Source: Pyrodictium abyssi
Lineage (GTDB): Archaea > Thermoproteota > Thermoprotei_A > Sulfolobales > Pyrodictiaceae
NCBI RefSeq assembly: GCF_036323395.1
Contig: NZ_AP028907.1
Location: 630,001-662,000, forward strand
Direction of reading: 5' to 3'
Length of the DNA stretch: 32,000 nucleotides
Under the pieces are notes generated by a model that made no database searches, had not been told where the DNA came from, and worked only from the letters and a program-made list of their open reading frames with translations. The translations under genes and the position numbers were made by a program. Shown piece by piece: positions 1 through 9,497 of the stretch. Each line of letters begins with the position of its first letter. The first letter of the stretch is position 1.

Positions 1-128
1 TGCTCTCTAGACGCCACGCCCTCGCGGGCTGCGTCTCGCCGCCTCTACCCCTCCCTCTGCACTGACGCACCTAGGAACATCGTCCCTAGAAGGTCTGGGC
101 TCGGGTCAGGAGACGGTCTCGGAGAGGT

Positions 129-1016
129 GTGGGAGACGTGGCTGGCGTGGGTCTAGGCGACATAGTAGCCTCCGTGGTTGATGGTGTGCTTATAGGCGGT
201 CTCTACGGGCTCGTAGGCGTAGGGCTAGCGCTAATCTGGGGCGTCATGGAGGTAATCAACTTCGCTCACGGAGACTACATGATGCTGGGGGCACTAGCCA
301 CATACTTTCTCGCCACGAGGCTCGGCCTAGACCCTCTACTAGCCGCGCCAGTAGCCTTCGGCCTAGTGTTTCTCCTCGGCGTCGCAACCCAGCGGACTGT
401 GATCAACCGTATCCTCGACGCGCCCCTACTGACGCAGATAGCTGCGACCTTCGCCGTGCTCCTCATAATAAGGTACGGCGTCCAGGCAGCATTCGGCCCC
501 TACACGCGGAGGCTGAGCAGCTGGTACGCCAACGAGATATACTACCTAGGCCCCGTCGTCATACCCCTGCCTAAGCTGATAGCCTTCATGGCCTCGGTCG
601 CCGTGGCGGCTGTGCTCTACTTCTTCCTCTTCCACACGCGCACCGGGATAGCCCTCCGGGCGACCGCCCAGGACCGCGAAGTAGCCCAGCTCATGGGCAT
701 CAACGTGCACCGGATGTACGAGCTAGCCTTCGGAATAGGCGTCGGAGTAGCCGGGCTCGCCGGCGCAATCGCGTCCCTCTTCTACCCGGTTTTCCCCGAG
801 ATGGGCGCCTTCTTCGCCCTGATAGCCTTCATAGCGGTGGTGCTGGGTGGCTTCGGCAGCGTCTTCGGCGCCTTCCTGGGCGGTATAATAGTTGGCGTGA
901 CCGAGGCCGTTAGCGCGTTGTTTATAGACCCTGCGCTGAAGGACGTGGTGGCCTTCCTCCTCTTCATAGTGATAGTGCTTGTCAAGCCTACGGGCATTTT
1001 CGGCAAGAAGGTGTAG
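129..1016 (+). CDS. livH: Branched-chain amino acid ABC transporter permease, LivH type
   Basis: 295-aa polytopic hydrophobic ORF. It contains GLYGLVGVGLALIWGVMEVINFAHGDYMMLGA, typical of LivH/inner-membrane translocator permeases. It is first in a LivH-LivM-LivG-LivF gene order. GTG start; exact start uncertain. Confidence 0.85.
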   Translation: MGDVAGVGLGDIVASVVDGVLIGGLYGLVGVGLALIWGVMEVINFAHGDYMMLGALATYFLATRLGLDPLLAAPVAFGLVFLLGVATQRTVINRILDAPLLTQIAATFAVLLIIRYGVQAAFGPYTRRLSSWYANEIYYLGPVVIPLPKLIAFMASVAVAAVLYFFLFHTRTGIALRATAQDREVAQLMGINVHRMYELAFGIGVGVAGLAGAIASLFYPVFPEMGAFFALIAFIAVVLGGFGSVFGAFLGGIIVGVTEAVSALFIDPALKDVVAFLLFIVIVLVKPTGIFGKKV

Positions 1017-1043
1017 AGCCAGGGAAGGAGGGGAGGTGGAGCC

Positions 1044-2075
1044 GTGATGGAGGCTAGGGCTGTCCTCCACGCGCTTCGCGGGCTACGCGGCTACACCCGG
1101 AGCCCCTACGTGTGGGCGGCCTCGCTGCTACTGGTAGCCTCGCCGATAGTGTTCATGAAGCTAGGGCTACCGTTCTACGCCAACATGGTGTTCCTCGCAC
1201 TGATGTACGGTATCGCGGCGATGGCGTGGAACCTCATGCAGGGGTACACGGGGCTCTTCAGCTTGGGCCACGCGGTGTTCTTCGGCGTAGGCGCCTACAC
1301 GACCATGATACTCGCGAAGTACTACGGCGTCACGCCGTGGCTGGGCATCTGGGCTGCCGGGGTACTCGCTGCTGCTGTCGGGTTCCTGCTAGGGTTTCCA
1401 CTGTTCCGTCTACGGAGCCACTGGTTCACGCTAGCCACCATAGCCGTGGCGGAGATATTCAAGCTGCTGTTCGCTCACTGGGGCTACGTAGGCGGCTCTG
1501 CCGGGCTCCAGATGCCCATAGTCGGGCCGGATGAGCAGCTCTACTACCTCCAGTACCCGGGGCCCTACATCTACGTCTACGTGGCCCTCCTAGTGCTACT
1601 AGTGGAGCTAGTAGTGCTCTACGCCGTAGTGAACAGCAAGATCGGCCTCTACCTCCAGACGATCCGCGAGGACGAGCTGGTAGCCCAGACGCTCGGTGTG
1701 GACACGTTCCGGTACAAGATGATAGCCATGGTTGTTAGCGGGTTCTTTACAGGGCTCGCTGGGGCACTCTACGCTGTGAGGTTCCGCTTCGTGGACCCCT
1801 TCGCCGTGTTCGACCTCATAACGATATCTACCTACATAGCTGTCGCGGGCATAGTGGGCGGGATATACACGTTCATAGGCCCGCTCGTGGGCGCGTTCAT
1901 CTTCGTCCCCGCAGCAGAGTACGTGAGAGCCACTATAGTGCAGGCATTCCCACGGGTCTTCGGCCTCCACGTAGTGATAGTGGGCGTCATACTGCTGGTA
2001 ATCTCCCTCTTCGTGCCCGAGGGCGTGGTGGGCTACCTACAGCGTAGAGCCGGGACGGTGAGGAGCCGTGGCTGA
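1044..2075 (+). CDS. livM: Branched-chain amino acid ABC transporter permease, LivM type
   Basis: 343-aa polytopic membrane ORF with WNLMQGYTGLFSLGHAVFFGVGAYT, the LivM hallmark region. It overlaps the next ORF by 8 nt, consistent with translational coupling. An ATG at 1047 is an alternative start. Confidence 0.85.
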   Translation: MMEARAVLHALRGLRGYTRSPYVWAASLLLVASPIVFMKLGLPFYANMVFLALMYGIAAMAWNLMQGYTGLFSLGHAVFFGVGAYTTMILAKYYGVTPWLGIWAAGVLAAAVGFLLGFPLFRLRSHWFTLATIAVAEIFKLLFAHWGYVGGSAGLQMPIVGPDEQLYYLQYPGPYIYVYVALLVLLVELVVLYAVVNSKIGLYLQTIREDELVAQTLGVDTFRYKMIAMVVSGFFTGLAGALYAVRFRFVDPFAVFDLITISTYIAVAGIVGGIYTFIGPLVGAFIFVPAAEYVRATIVQAFPRVFGLHVVIVGVILLVISLFVPEGVVGYLQRRAGTVRSRG

Positions 2076-2790
2076 GAGGCTTCTCGTCGTGGAGGGCGTG
2101 TCTAAGAGGTTTGGCGGCCTCACAGCGCTAGAAGGCGTCAGCTTCACTATGCGGGAGGGCGAGAGGCTGGGACTCATAGGGCCTAACGGCGCCGGGAAGA
2201 CCACGCTGTTCAACTGCATCACCGGCGTCTACAGGCCGGACCGGGGGAGGATAGTCTTCAGGGGCACCGACATCACCGGCTGGCCCCCACACAGGATAAC
2301 AAGGATCGGGATAGCCAGAACATTCCAGATAGTGAGGCCGCTAGCCAAGATGACCGTGCTCGACAACGTGGCTGTGGGGGCACTGCTCCACACCAGCGAC
2401 GTCGACGAGGCCAGGAGAAAGGCGCTAGAGGTACTAGAGCTGGTAGGCCTCTACGAGAAGCGTCACGTCCCCGCGCAGTCGCTCACGCTGATCGAGAAGA
2501 AGAGGCTCGAGGTGGCCCGCGCGCTCGCTACCGAGCCTAGGCTGCTACTCCTCGACGAGATCGCAGCGGGGCTCAGGCCGGCCGAGGTGGACCGGCTCCT
2601 GGACATGCTGTTCGAGGTTAACAGGAGAGGCGTCTCCATGATAATGGTGGAGCACGTCATGAGGGCTGTGATGAACTTCGCTGAGAGGATCATAGTGCTC
2701 CAGTACGGGAGGAAGATAGCCGAGGGCAAGCCCGAGGAGGTCGCCAGGGACCCACGCGTAATAGACGCGTACCTGGGCACGGAGGAGTAA
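2068..2790 (+). CDS. livG: Branched-chain amino acid ABC transporter ATP-binding protein, LivG type
   Basis: Walker A GPNGAGKTT, an LSLIEKKRLEVARAL signature region, Walker B LLLLDE, and the C-terminal PRVIDAYLG motif typical of LivG. Confidence 0.9.
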   Translation: MAERLLVVEGVSKRFGGLTALEGVSFTMREGERLGLIGPNGAGKTTLFNCITGVYRPDRGRIVFRGTDITGWPPHRITRIGIARTFQIVRPLAKMTVLDNVAVGALLHTSDVDEARRKALEVLELVGLYEKRHVPAQSLTLIEKKRLEVARALATEPRLLLLDEIAAGLRPAEVDRLLDMLFEVNRRGVSMIMVEHVMRAVMNFAERIIVLQYGRKIAEGKPEEVARDPRVIDAYLGTEE

Positions 2791-2796
2791 GGGGCC

Positions 2797-3516
2797 ATGG
2801 CCGGGCGGCTCCTGTCGGTCGAGAACATAGACGTCTACTACGGCGAGTTCCAGGCATTGTTCGGCGTCAGCCTAGAGGTTTACGAGGGCGAGGTCGTAGC
2901 CCTAGTCGGCGCCAACGGCGCCGGGAAGACCACGACTCTGAAGACCATATCGGGGCTGCTTAGGCCGCGGCGCGGCAGAATAGTGTGGGAGGGCCAGGAC
3001 ATCACCAGTGTGCCCGCGTACCAGAGGGCCGAGCTCGGCATAGTCCATGTGCCCGAGGGCCGGGGGATCTTCCCCTACCTCACCGTGTACGAGAACCTGG
3101 TCGTGGCGGCGTACACCAGGAGGGCGCGGGAGAGGTTTGAGGAGAGCCTGGAGATGGTCTACGAGCTGTTCCCCAGGCTCCGGGAGAGGAAGCGGCAGCT
3201 AGCAGGAACCATGAGCGGCGGAGAGCAGCAAATGCTAGCCATAGCACGGGCGCTGATTCAGAGGCCCAGGCTCCTCATGCTCGACGAGCCCAGCCTCGGC
3301 CTCGCCCCTAAGCTGGCCCGGGAGGTAGTCTACCTGGCCCGGAGGCTCCGCGACGAGTACGGGATAACCGTGCTCCTCGTGGAGCAGAACGTGAGGCTCT
3401 CCCTCAAGGTCGCCGACCGGGCCTACGTCCTCGAGACCGGGCGGGTCGTCCGAGAGGGCCCGGCAGGGGAGCTCGAGAAGGACCCCGAGATACGCCGTGC
3501 GTACCTCGGGATCTAG
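2797..3516 (+). CDS. livF: Branched-chain amino acid ABC transporter ATP-binding protein, LivF type
   Basis: Walker A GANGAGKTT, signature MSGGEQQMLAIARAL, Walker B LLMLDEPS, and a C-terminal PEIRRAYLG. It is fourth in the liv-like operon. Confidence 0.9.
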   Translation: MAGRLLSVENIDVYYGEFQALFGVSLEVYEGEVVALVGANGAGKTTTLKTISGLLRPRRGRIVWEGQDITSVPAYQRAELGIVHVPEGRGIFPYLTVYENLVVAAYTRRARERFEESLEMVYELFPRLRERKRQLAGTMSGGEQQMLAIARALIQRPRLLMLDEPSLGLAPKLAREVVYLARRLRDEYGITVLLVEQNVRLSLKVADRAYVLETGRVVREGPAGELEKDPEIRRAYLGI

Positions 3517-3538
3517 TCTGCATGGAGCCAGGGCAAGG

Positions 3539-5599
3539 GTGATCTCCGGGTTGAGGAGGATAGGGATAGACATAGGCGGTACCTTCACGGACCTCGTGGC
3601 CTTCGACGACGAGACCGGCGAGCTGAGGAGCCTCAAGGTCCTGACGACGCCCCGGGAGCCCTGGCGGGGCTTCATGGAGGCTCTGCGGCAGCTAGGCTGG
3701 GACCTGGAGGGCGTCGAGGTAGTTATCCACGCGTCGACGCTTGGCACCAACCTGTTCCTAGGCCAGGTGGGGCTCGAGCCGCCGCCAGCAGTGCTAGTGG
3801 CCAACAAGGGGTTCCGCGACCTGCTGGAGATAGGGAGGCAGAACCGCCCGGAGCTATACAACCTGTTCTTCCAGCGCCCCCGGCCGCTCATCCCCCGGTC
3901 GCGGCGGCTCACCGTGGCCGGGAGGATCGGGCCCAGGGGAGAGGAGCTCGAGCCCCTCGACGAGGGGGCTGTCCGGCGGATAGCCCGGGAGTGGTGCAGC
4001 CGGGCCAAGGTATTCGTGGTAGTGTTCCTCCATAGCTACGCTAACCCGAGCCACGAGAAGCGCGCCAAGGAGATCATCGAGGAGGAGTGCCCCGGGGCCC
4101 TAGTGGTGGCGAGCCACGAGGTGGACCCGCAGCCGAAGGAGTACGAGCGCACCAGCACAGCAGTGGTCAACGCCCTGCTGAAGCCCGTGCTCTCCACCTA
4201 CCTCTCCAGGGTCGCCGGGGAGCTCCGCTCAGCAGGATTCCGGGGCAAGCTCCTAGTCATGCAGAGTAGCGGCGGCGTAGCCGGAGTAGAGCAGGCCGTA
4301 GAGAGGCCAGCAGCCTTCATCGAGAGCGGCCCGGCGGCCGGCGCCGTGGCCGTAGCGTACTTCTCCAAGCTGATGGGTGTAGAGTACGCCCTCGGCTTCG
4401 ACATGGGCGGCACCACTGCTAAGGCCTCCGCTGTGGTGAACGGCGAGCCCCTAGTGGTCCCAGAGTACGAGGTGGGCGGCCGGGTCCACATGGGGAGGCT
4501 GCTACGGGGCTCCGGGTACCCTGTCCGCTACCCCTACATAGACATAGCCGAGGTCAGCGCCGGTGGCGGCACGATAGCCTGGGTGGACGCTGGGGGCGCG
4601 CTGCGGGTCGGCCCGGTGAGCGCTGGCGCCGACCCGGGCCCAGCCTGCTACGGCCGCGGAGGCCGCGAGCCCACGGTGACGGATGCGCAGCTCGTGCTGG
4701 GCAGGCTGCCCGAGGCCCTGGCCGGCGGGAGGATAAGGCTCCGCCGGGACCTCGCCCTGGAGGCCCTGGCGGGGCTAGCCGAGAAGCTGGGCATGGGGGT
4801 CGAGGAGGCCGCTGCCTCGATAATAAGGATAGCTAACACAGTCATGTCCAGGGCGCTGCGGCTCGTGACCATAGAGAGGGGGTACGACCCCCGGCTCTTC
4901 GCGCTCTACGCCTACGGCGGCGCGGGGCCCCTCCACGCGGTGGAGCTCGCGGACGAGCTGGGAGCCAGGGAGGTCGTTGTCCCACCGCTGCCCGGCGTGT
5001 TCTCGGCGTTAGGCCTGCTCGTCACGGACTACCGCCACGACTTCCACGCCGCTGTTGTGCGGAGGGCCGACGAGCTAAGCGACGAGGAGCTCGAGAAGGT
5101 CTTCGCAGGGATGGCCGAGAAGGCCCTGGCGATGCTCCGCGACGAGGGCGTAGCCCCGGACCAGGCCCGGCTGGTACGCCGCCTAGACATGAGGTATCAA
5201 GGGCAGGCGTACGAGCTGAGCGTGCCCTACCGCGGGAGCCTAGAGGAGGCCGTGAAGGAGTTCCACCGCCTACACGAGGCGAGGTACGGGTTCAGCCTCC
5301 CCGACACCCCCGTGCAGGTGGTCAACGCGAGGCTCACAGCCTACGGAGTCGTGGCTAAGCCGAGGCTCCCCCAAGGGGAGCCGAGCCCCTACCGCCCGGA
5401 GCCCAGCGGCAGGAGGCGCGTCTACTTCGACGAGGCCGGGTGGACCATGACGCCGGTGTATAGGCGGGCCGAGCTACGCCCCGGCGCCGAGATCGAGGGC
5501 CCCGCAGTCATAGAGTCCGACGACAGCACCGTGCTCGTCCCCCCTGGCCATGTGGCCCGGGTAGACGGGCTCCACGCGGTCCACATAGAGAGGCTCTAG
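3539..5599 (+). CDS. hyuA: Hydantoinase/oxoprolinase A subunit (N-methylhydantoinase A / HyuA family)
   Basis: N-terminal IGIDIGGTFTDLV actin-fold ATPase motif and about 690 aa, typical of HyuA. It is followed by a HyuB-family gene. The ORF track opens at 3497 and overlaps livF. I prefer the in-frame GTG at 3539, just before the conserved N-terminus. Confidence 0.85.
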   Translation: MISGLRRIGIDIGGTFTDLVAFDDETGELRSLKVLTTPREPWRGFMEALRQLGWDLEGVEVVIHASTLGTNLFLGQVGLEPPPAVLVANKGFRDLLEIGRQNRPELYNLFFQRPRPLIPRSRRLTVAGRIGPRGEELEPLDEGAVRRIAREWCSRAKVFVVVFLHSYANPSHEKRAKEIIEEECPGALVVASHEVDPQPKEYERTSTAVVNALLKPVLSTYLSRVAGELRSAGFRGKLLVMQSSGGVAGVEQAVERPAAFIESGPAAGAVAVAYFSKLMGVEYALGFDMGGTTAKASAVVNGEPLVVPEYEVGGRVHMGRLLRGSGYPVRYPYIDIAEVSAGGGTIAWVDAGGALRVGPVSAGADPGPACYGRGGREPTVTDAQLVLGRLPEALAGGRIRLRRDLALEALAGLAEKLGMGVEEAAASIIRIANTVMSRALRLVTIERGYDPRLFALYAYGGAGPLHAVELADELGAREVVVPPLPGVFSALGLLVTDYRHDFHAAVVRRADELSDEELEKVFAGMAEKALAMLRDEGVAPDQARLVRRLDMRYQGQAYELSVPYRGSLEEAVKEFHRLHEARYGFSLPDTPVQVVNARLTAYGVVAKPRLPQGEPSPYRPEPSGRRRVYFDEAGWTMTPVYRRAELRPGAEIEGPAVIESDDSTVLVPPGHVARVDGLHAVHIERL

Positions 5600-5615
5600 G
5601 AGGGCTGGGCACGCC

Positions 5616-7274
5616 ATGGTGGACAGGGTAACCATCGAGGTGATAAGGCACGCCGCTATCTTCACAGCCGAGGAGATGGGAGTAGTCCTGCGGAACACCG
5701 CGTTCAGCCCCAACATAAGGGACCGGCTCGACTACTCCTGCGCCATACTGGCCCCGAGCGGCGAGCTGGTGGCACAGGCCGAGCACATACCGGTGCACCT
5801 AGGCAGCATGCCCATAGGAGTAAAGAACATGGTCAAGGCCCTGGAGGAGAACGGGGTCAGCCTAGGCCCCGGAGACGTCGCGGTCTCCAACGACCCCTAC
5901 ATAACCGGGACACACCTCAACGACGTCATGGTACTCAAGCCCGTCTACGTCGACGGAGAGCTAGTAGCCTACGTGGCCAACAAGGCCCACCACGTGGACG
6001 TCGGCGGCCTCGTGCCGGGCGGCATCGGAGCCGGTGTTAGGAGCCTACGCGAGGAAGGCCTAGTAATACCCCCGGTGAAGCTCGTCGAGGCAGGCAGGCT
6101 TAGAACCGACATAGTCAGGCTCCTAGAGGCCAACGTGAGGACGCCCCGGAGCCTCCGAGGCGACCTAATGGCCCAGCTGGCCGCCCTCAACACCGGGGAG
6201 AAGAGGATACGCGAGCTAGCCGAGCGCTACGGCGTAGACGCGCTGCTCGAGGCCTGGGAGGAGATACTCGGCTACACTGAGAAGTACACCCGTACACTCC
6301 TCCAGGGGCTCGTCGGGGACGGGGGCGGCGCATACGAGGCAGAGGACTACGTGGAGCTAGAGAGCGGCGAGCTGGCCAAGATACGGGTCCGGCTAGAGAT
6401 AAGCCCCGAGCGCATAGTAGCCGACTTCACCGGGACGGACAGGCAGGTAGACGAGCCGCTCAACGCCGTCTACGGCGTCACCGTGGCCGCCACGACCTAC
6501 GCGATAAAGGCAGTGATAGACCCCGACATGCCGATGAACAGCGGGTTCTACAGGGTCGTCGAGATACAGGCGCCCCGAGGGACGCTGGTCAACCCCGTAC
6601 CCCCCGCGCCCGTCGGCGGCGGCAACGTGGAGACGTCGCAGAGAATAGCAGACGTCGTGCTACGCGCCCTAGCCGAGGCGTTCCCCGGCCGCGTGCCCGC
6701 CGCGAGCTGCGGCACCATGAGCAACCTGCTCCTAGGCGGCAAGGGATGGGCCTTCTACGAGACCATAGGCTGCGGCTCCGGCGCCCGGCCCTGCTGCGAC
6801 GGCGTAGACGGGGTACACACCAACATGACCAACACGCTGAACACCCCGATAGAGGTGGCCGAGGCCGAGTACCCACTGCTCTTCCGCGCCTACGAGCTAC
6901 GGCCAGACAGCGGCGGCCCCGGGCGCTGGCGGGGAGGCCTAGGCGTAGTCCGGGCGGTCACAGTGCTAGAGGACGGCGTCACCGTCACAGTCTACGCTGA
7001 GCGCAGCCGGCTACGCCCCTGGGGGCTCGAGGGCGGAGAGCCGGGAGCCCCCTTCCGCAGCTACGTGGTGAAAGCCAGCGGCGAGCGGGTAGAGCTACCA
7101 GCCAAGGCCACGGTGAGGCTGAGCCGCGGCGACACAGTCTACATCGAGACACCGGGCGGAGGAGGCTACGGCAGTCCCTGCGAGAGGCCCCGGGACCAGC
7201 TAGAGCACGACGTAGAGGACGGCAAGGTCTCCCCCGAGGCTGCCAGGCGCTACTGCCAGCCGGGCAGCCGCTAG
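5616..7274 (+). CDS. hyuB: Hydantoinase B / oxoprolinase subunit (HyuB family)
   Basis: 552 aa. The N-terminus DRVTIEVIRHAAIFTAEEMGVVLRNTAFSPNIRDRLDYSCA matches the conserved HyuB start. Its ATG lies 16 nt after the hyuA stop. Confidence 0.85.
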   Translation: MVDRVTIEVIRHAAIFTAEEMGVVLRNTAFSPNIRDRLDYSCAILAPSGELVAQAEHIPVHLGSMPIGVKNMVKALEENGVSLGPGDVAVSNDPYITGTHLNDVMVLKPVYVDGELVAYVANKAHHVDVGGLVPGGIGAGVRSLREEGLVIPPVKLVEAGRLRTDIVRLLEANVRTPRSLRGDLMAQLAALNTGEKRIRELAERYGVDALLEAWEEILGYTEKYTRTLLQGLVGDGGGAYEAEDYVELESGELAKIRVRLEISPERIVADFTGTDRQVDEPLNAVYGVTVAATTYAIKAVIDPDMPMNSGFYRVVEIQAPRGTLVNPVPPAPVGGGNVETSQRIADVVLRALAEAFPGRVPAASCGTMSNLLLGGKGWAFYETIGCGSGARPCCDGVDGVHTNMTNTLNTPIEVAEAEYPLLFRAYELRPDSGGPGRWRGGLGVVRAVTVLEDGVTVTVYAERSRLRPWGLEGGEPGAPFRSYVVKASGERVELPAKATVRLSRGDTVYIETPGGGGYGSPCERPRDQLEHDVEDGKVSPEAARRYCQPGSR

Positions 7275-7579
7275 GCAGCCCCCTAGCCGCTTTCGCCCCG
7301 GCGCTCCACGGGGCTTACCCGGTCCCTCCCCGTCCTCGTCAACATCTGCTCCTCCTCGACGCGTCTCCGCGCAGAAGCGCACATGCAGCACCATGTCGCC
7401 GGTTGTGGCAGGTTGCGTGGCAGGCCCTGGGGGCTGCTATGGCCAGGGCCGAGCACCGCTACGAGGAACAGTCAGCGGAGTATGCATGACTACCCCTCAT
7501 TGCTTCATCGGATGAGAAGCTTGGCCGGTGGCCCAGAGGGCTCTGCTCGGGGACCAGCGTCCTACCGCTAGCGCGTGGT

Positions 7580-7584
7580 AAAAA
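7580..7584 (-). terminator. Oligo-T tract (T5 on minus strand) downstream of ORF 7629..7880
   Basis: The plus strand reads ggtaaaaacc, i.e. GGTTTTTACC on the coding strand, about 45 nt after the stop. Archaeal termination commonly uses oligo-T tracts. Confidence 0.35.
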
Positions 7585-7628
7585 CCAGTTCTCCCGGGCT
7601 GCCTGCTTATGGTGCAATTAGTGGGGTG

Positions 7629-7880
7629 TTAGAGCTGAACCTCTATTGTGCGGGTTATAGTAGCTGCTAGGTGCTCCGGCTTGGTGTACCACTTGTCGTA
7701 GGTGTACTTCTTGCCCTTGAAGCTTAGCTCTACTATCTCGCCCTTGTCGGAGATGTTCATAAGGGTCTCTCCTTCCTTGATGAGCTTCATCGTCGAGCCG
7801 ACGACCATTACCTTTATGCCCTTCTCCTGCAGCTTGGGCTTTATCAGGTCCTTTAGCTTGGATAGGTACTCGCTGGCCAT
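7629..7880 (-). CDS. Small Lys-rich hypothetical protein (83 aa)
   Basis: ATG start preceded by a strong SD-like GGAGGGAG (reverse complement of 7888..7895) and an AT-rich TATA-like box. GC content is clearly lower than the flanking DNA. I recognise no family. Confidence 0.6.
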   Translation of the reverse strand: MASEYLSKLKDLIKPKLQEKGIKVMVVGSTMKLIKEGETLMNISDKGEIVELSFKGKKYTYDKWYTKPEHLAATITRTIEVQL

Positions 7881-7924
7881 AGGCCTGCTCCCTCCATGCA
7901 GGGGGCTGGGACCCCCGCTACTGT

Positions 7925-7934
7925 ATTAAATATT
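7925..7934 (-). promoter_or_regulatory. TATA-like box upstream of ORF 7629..7880
   Basis: attaaatatt sits in an otherwise GC-rich spacer, about 45-55 nt upstream of the ATG. An SD-like motif lies between the box and the ATG. Confidence 0.4.
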
Positions 7935-7978
7935 GCCTTACAATACCGGGGGCCACCCATGGGGCTGACCCGAGCCAG

Positions 7979-9022
7979 CTAGTCCAGTGCATCCCAGCCA
8001 GTCGTCTCCTCCACCACCCGGCGGAACGCCTTTATCGTCTTGACGGGCTCCGGGTCCAGCCCCGCGTCCAGCGCGTAGCGGACAGAGGCCAGGCCCGCCA
8101 GCCAGGTGCCCCACACCATCCGGGAGAGCATACTGCCGCCACGTAGCCTGGCGACGTGCAGGCTCGCCGGCCGGGCCAGCCCCGCAGCCTGGTGCAGCAG
8201 CGTACTCCAGGGCTCCTCCCCGGGGTCGAGCAGGAGGATCCTCGTGTCGCCGCTCCGGGCCCACGCCTCCAGCATGTTGTGGCCCGCCTCCGGCACCTGG
8301 GCCGCGTCCGCCGTAAGCTTAGCGTTCTCAGCGAGCTCGCTCCTCGTGCGGACCGCCACCGGGTAGTAGGGCTCCGGCGCGAGCACTACCAGGCTGCCCC
8401 TGCTCCCCTGGAGCCACTCGGCCAGCTCCCTCGCCTCCGCCTCGGCCCTCTCACGCTCGCCGAGGAGCTGGATAGACTCCTCCACGTGGCCGCCAGGGAC
8501 CTGGATAAGCCCCGCGGCCTTCAGGCTGCCGAGGAGCGTGTAGAAGAGCTGGGGCCACCCCGCCCGCGGGGCAGGAGCCTCCTCGACAACAGCCACGGGC
8601 ACGCCTACGCGCCGCGCCCACGCGGCGAGACGCCCGCCAGTAGTCACCGCCACGACGTAGCCGCCTAGCCGGTAGGCCCGGGAGGCACAGTTCAGCGTCT
8701 CCCGCGTATTCCCCGAGAAGCTCACAGCGTAGACCAGGCAGCCCCGCACCCACCTCGGGGGCTCAGCCGACTTGACCACGTAGACCGGGAGCCCGCCATA
8801 AGCCGCCGACAACGCCGCCAGATAGTCGCCCGCAGCACCGCTACCACCCATGCCACACACCACGACACAATCGGCCCGCGAGTAGCCGCTCGGCAGCTCC
8901 AGCGCCAGGCCCGCCGCGTAGGCCCGCCGGGCAGGCCCAGCCCAGCCCAGGTAATACCCGTAGAACTCCCCGCGCGCCACAGCACATGCACCCCAGGGCA
9001 CCGTGCTAGAGACGCGCCACAC
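7979..9022 (-). CDS. Bifunctional phosphoglucose/phosphomannose isomerase (SIS-domain PGI/PMI family)
   Basis: SIS motif CVVVCGMGGSGAAGDYL, a second SIS-like half, and an ELAENAK motif resembling the conserved NENxK of archaeal PGI/PMI. Size is about 340 aa. The GTG start lies 1 nt after the upstream gene's stop. Confidence 0.7.
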   Translation of the reverse strand: MWRVSSTVPWGACAVARGEFYGYYLGWAGPARRAYAAGLALELPSGYSRADCVVVCGMGGSGAAGDYLAALSAAYGGLPVYVVKSAEPPRWVRGCLVYAVSFSGNTRETLNCASRAYRLGGYVVAVTTGGRLAAWARRVGVPVAVVEEAPAPRAGWPQLFYTLLGSLKAAGLIQVPGGHVEESIQLLGERERAEAEARELAEWLQGSRGSLVVLAPEPYYPVAVRTRSELAENAKLTADAAQVPEAGHNMLEAWARSGDTRILLLDPGEEPWSTLLHQAAGLARPASLHVARLRGGSMLSRMVWGTWLAGLASVRYALDAGLDPEPVKTIKAFRRVVEETTGWDALD

Positions 9023-9023
9023 C

Positions 9024-9332
9024 CTATAGCCGGAGCCTCCGCTTCAGAGCCTCCAGCGCCTCCCCGTGCTCCCGGCTCCACCCACCCTTCCTCTCCTTCT
9101 CGCCCAGCTTCTCGGCTATCCTGTCCCGCTCGAGGGCCGGCAGCGCCCCGGTTAGCGCCCGCCACGCCTGGAGCGCCTTACCCGCAGCACTCCTCGTAAA
9201 GCCCCGGCCGAGGAACCTCAGCGCCAGCAAAGCCTCCAACAGCGCCTCCAGGACACGGGCAGAAGCATAGCCCACTAGGCTCCTCTCCGGCTTGGGAAGA
9301 GGACGCTCCAAGAACTCCACGCCTACAGCCAT
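9024..9332 (-). CDS. PaREP1-family (HEPN-like) small protein, 102 aa
   Basis: This is the internal ATG (9330..9332) of the composite 355-aa ORF. The sequence ...EALLALRFLGRGFTRSAAGKALQAWRALTGAL... matches the PaREP1 hallmark (L..G..RNAAGKAFQAWKA) as I remember it. The ORF upstream of this ATG runs through a tRNA gene and cannot be coding. Confidence 0.6.
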   Translation of the reverse strand: MAVGVEFLERPLPKPERSLVGYASARVLEALLEALLALRFLGRGFTRSAAGKALQAWRALTGALPALERDRIAEKLGEKERKGGWSREHGEALEALKRRLRL

Positions 9333-9364
9333 CCCGCACCCCTGGTATAGGCGGCGCCACAACG

Positions 9365-9371
9365 CTATATA
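9365..9371 (-). promoter_or_regulatory. TATA-like box for the PaREP1-PGI/PMI transcription unit
   Basis: ctatata (reverse complement TATATAG) is centred about 36 nt upstream of the ATG at 9332. Confidence 0.35.
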
Positions 9372-9497
9372 CCGTAGCCCCGGCCCCGCTGCACGCGCCA
9401 AGGCACCGGGAGTGAGACGGCACCGGACTGTGGAGGTACAGCAGAAGGGGGCACACCGTGGACCGTCAGAGGCCAGAGATAGGGGAGGGCTCTGCGG

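Noticed and set aside
7470-7560. Possible C/D-box sRNA on the minus strand (cgATGAAGc ... CTGA)
   Set aside because: The C-box candidate deviates from RUGAUGA. No C'/D' pair or terminal stem is apparent.
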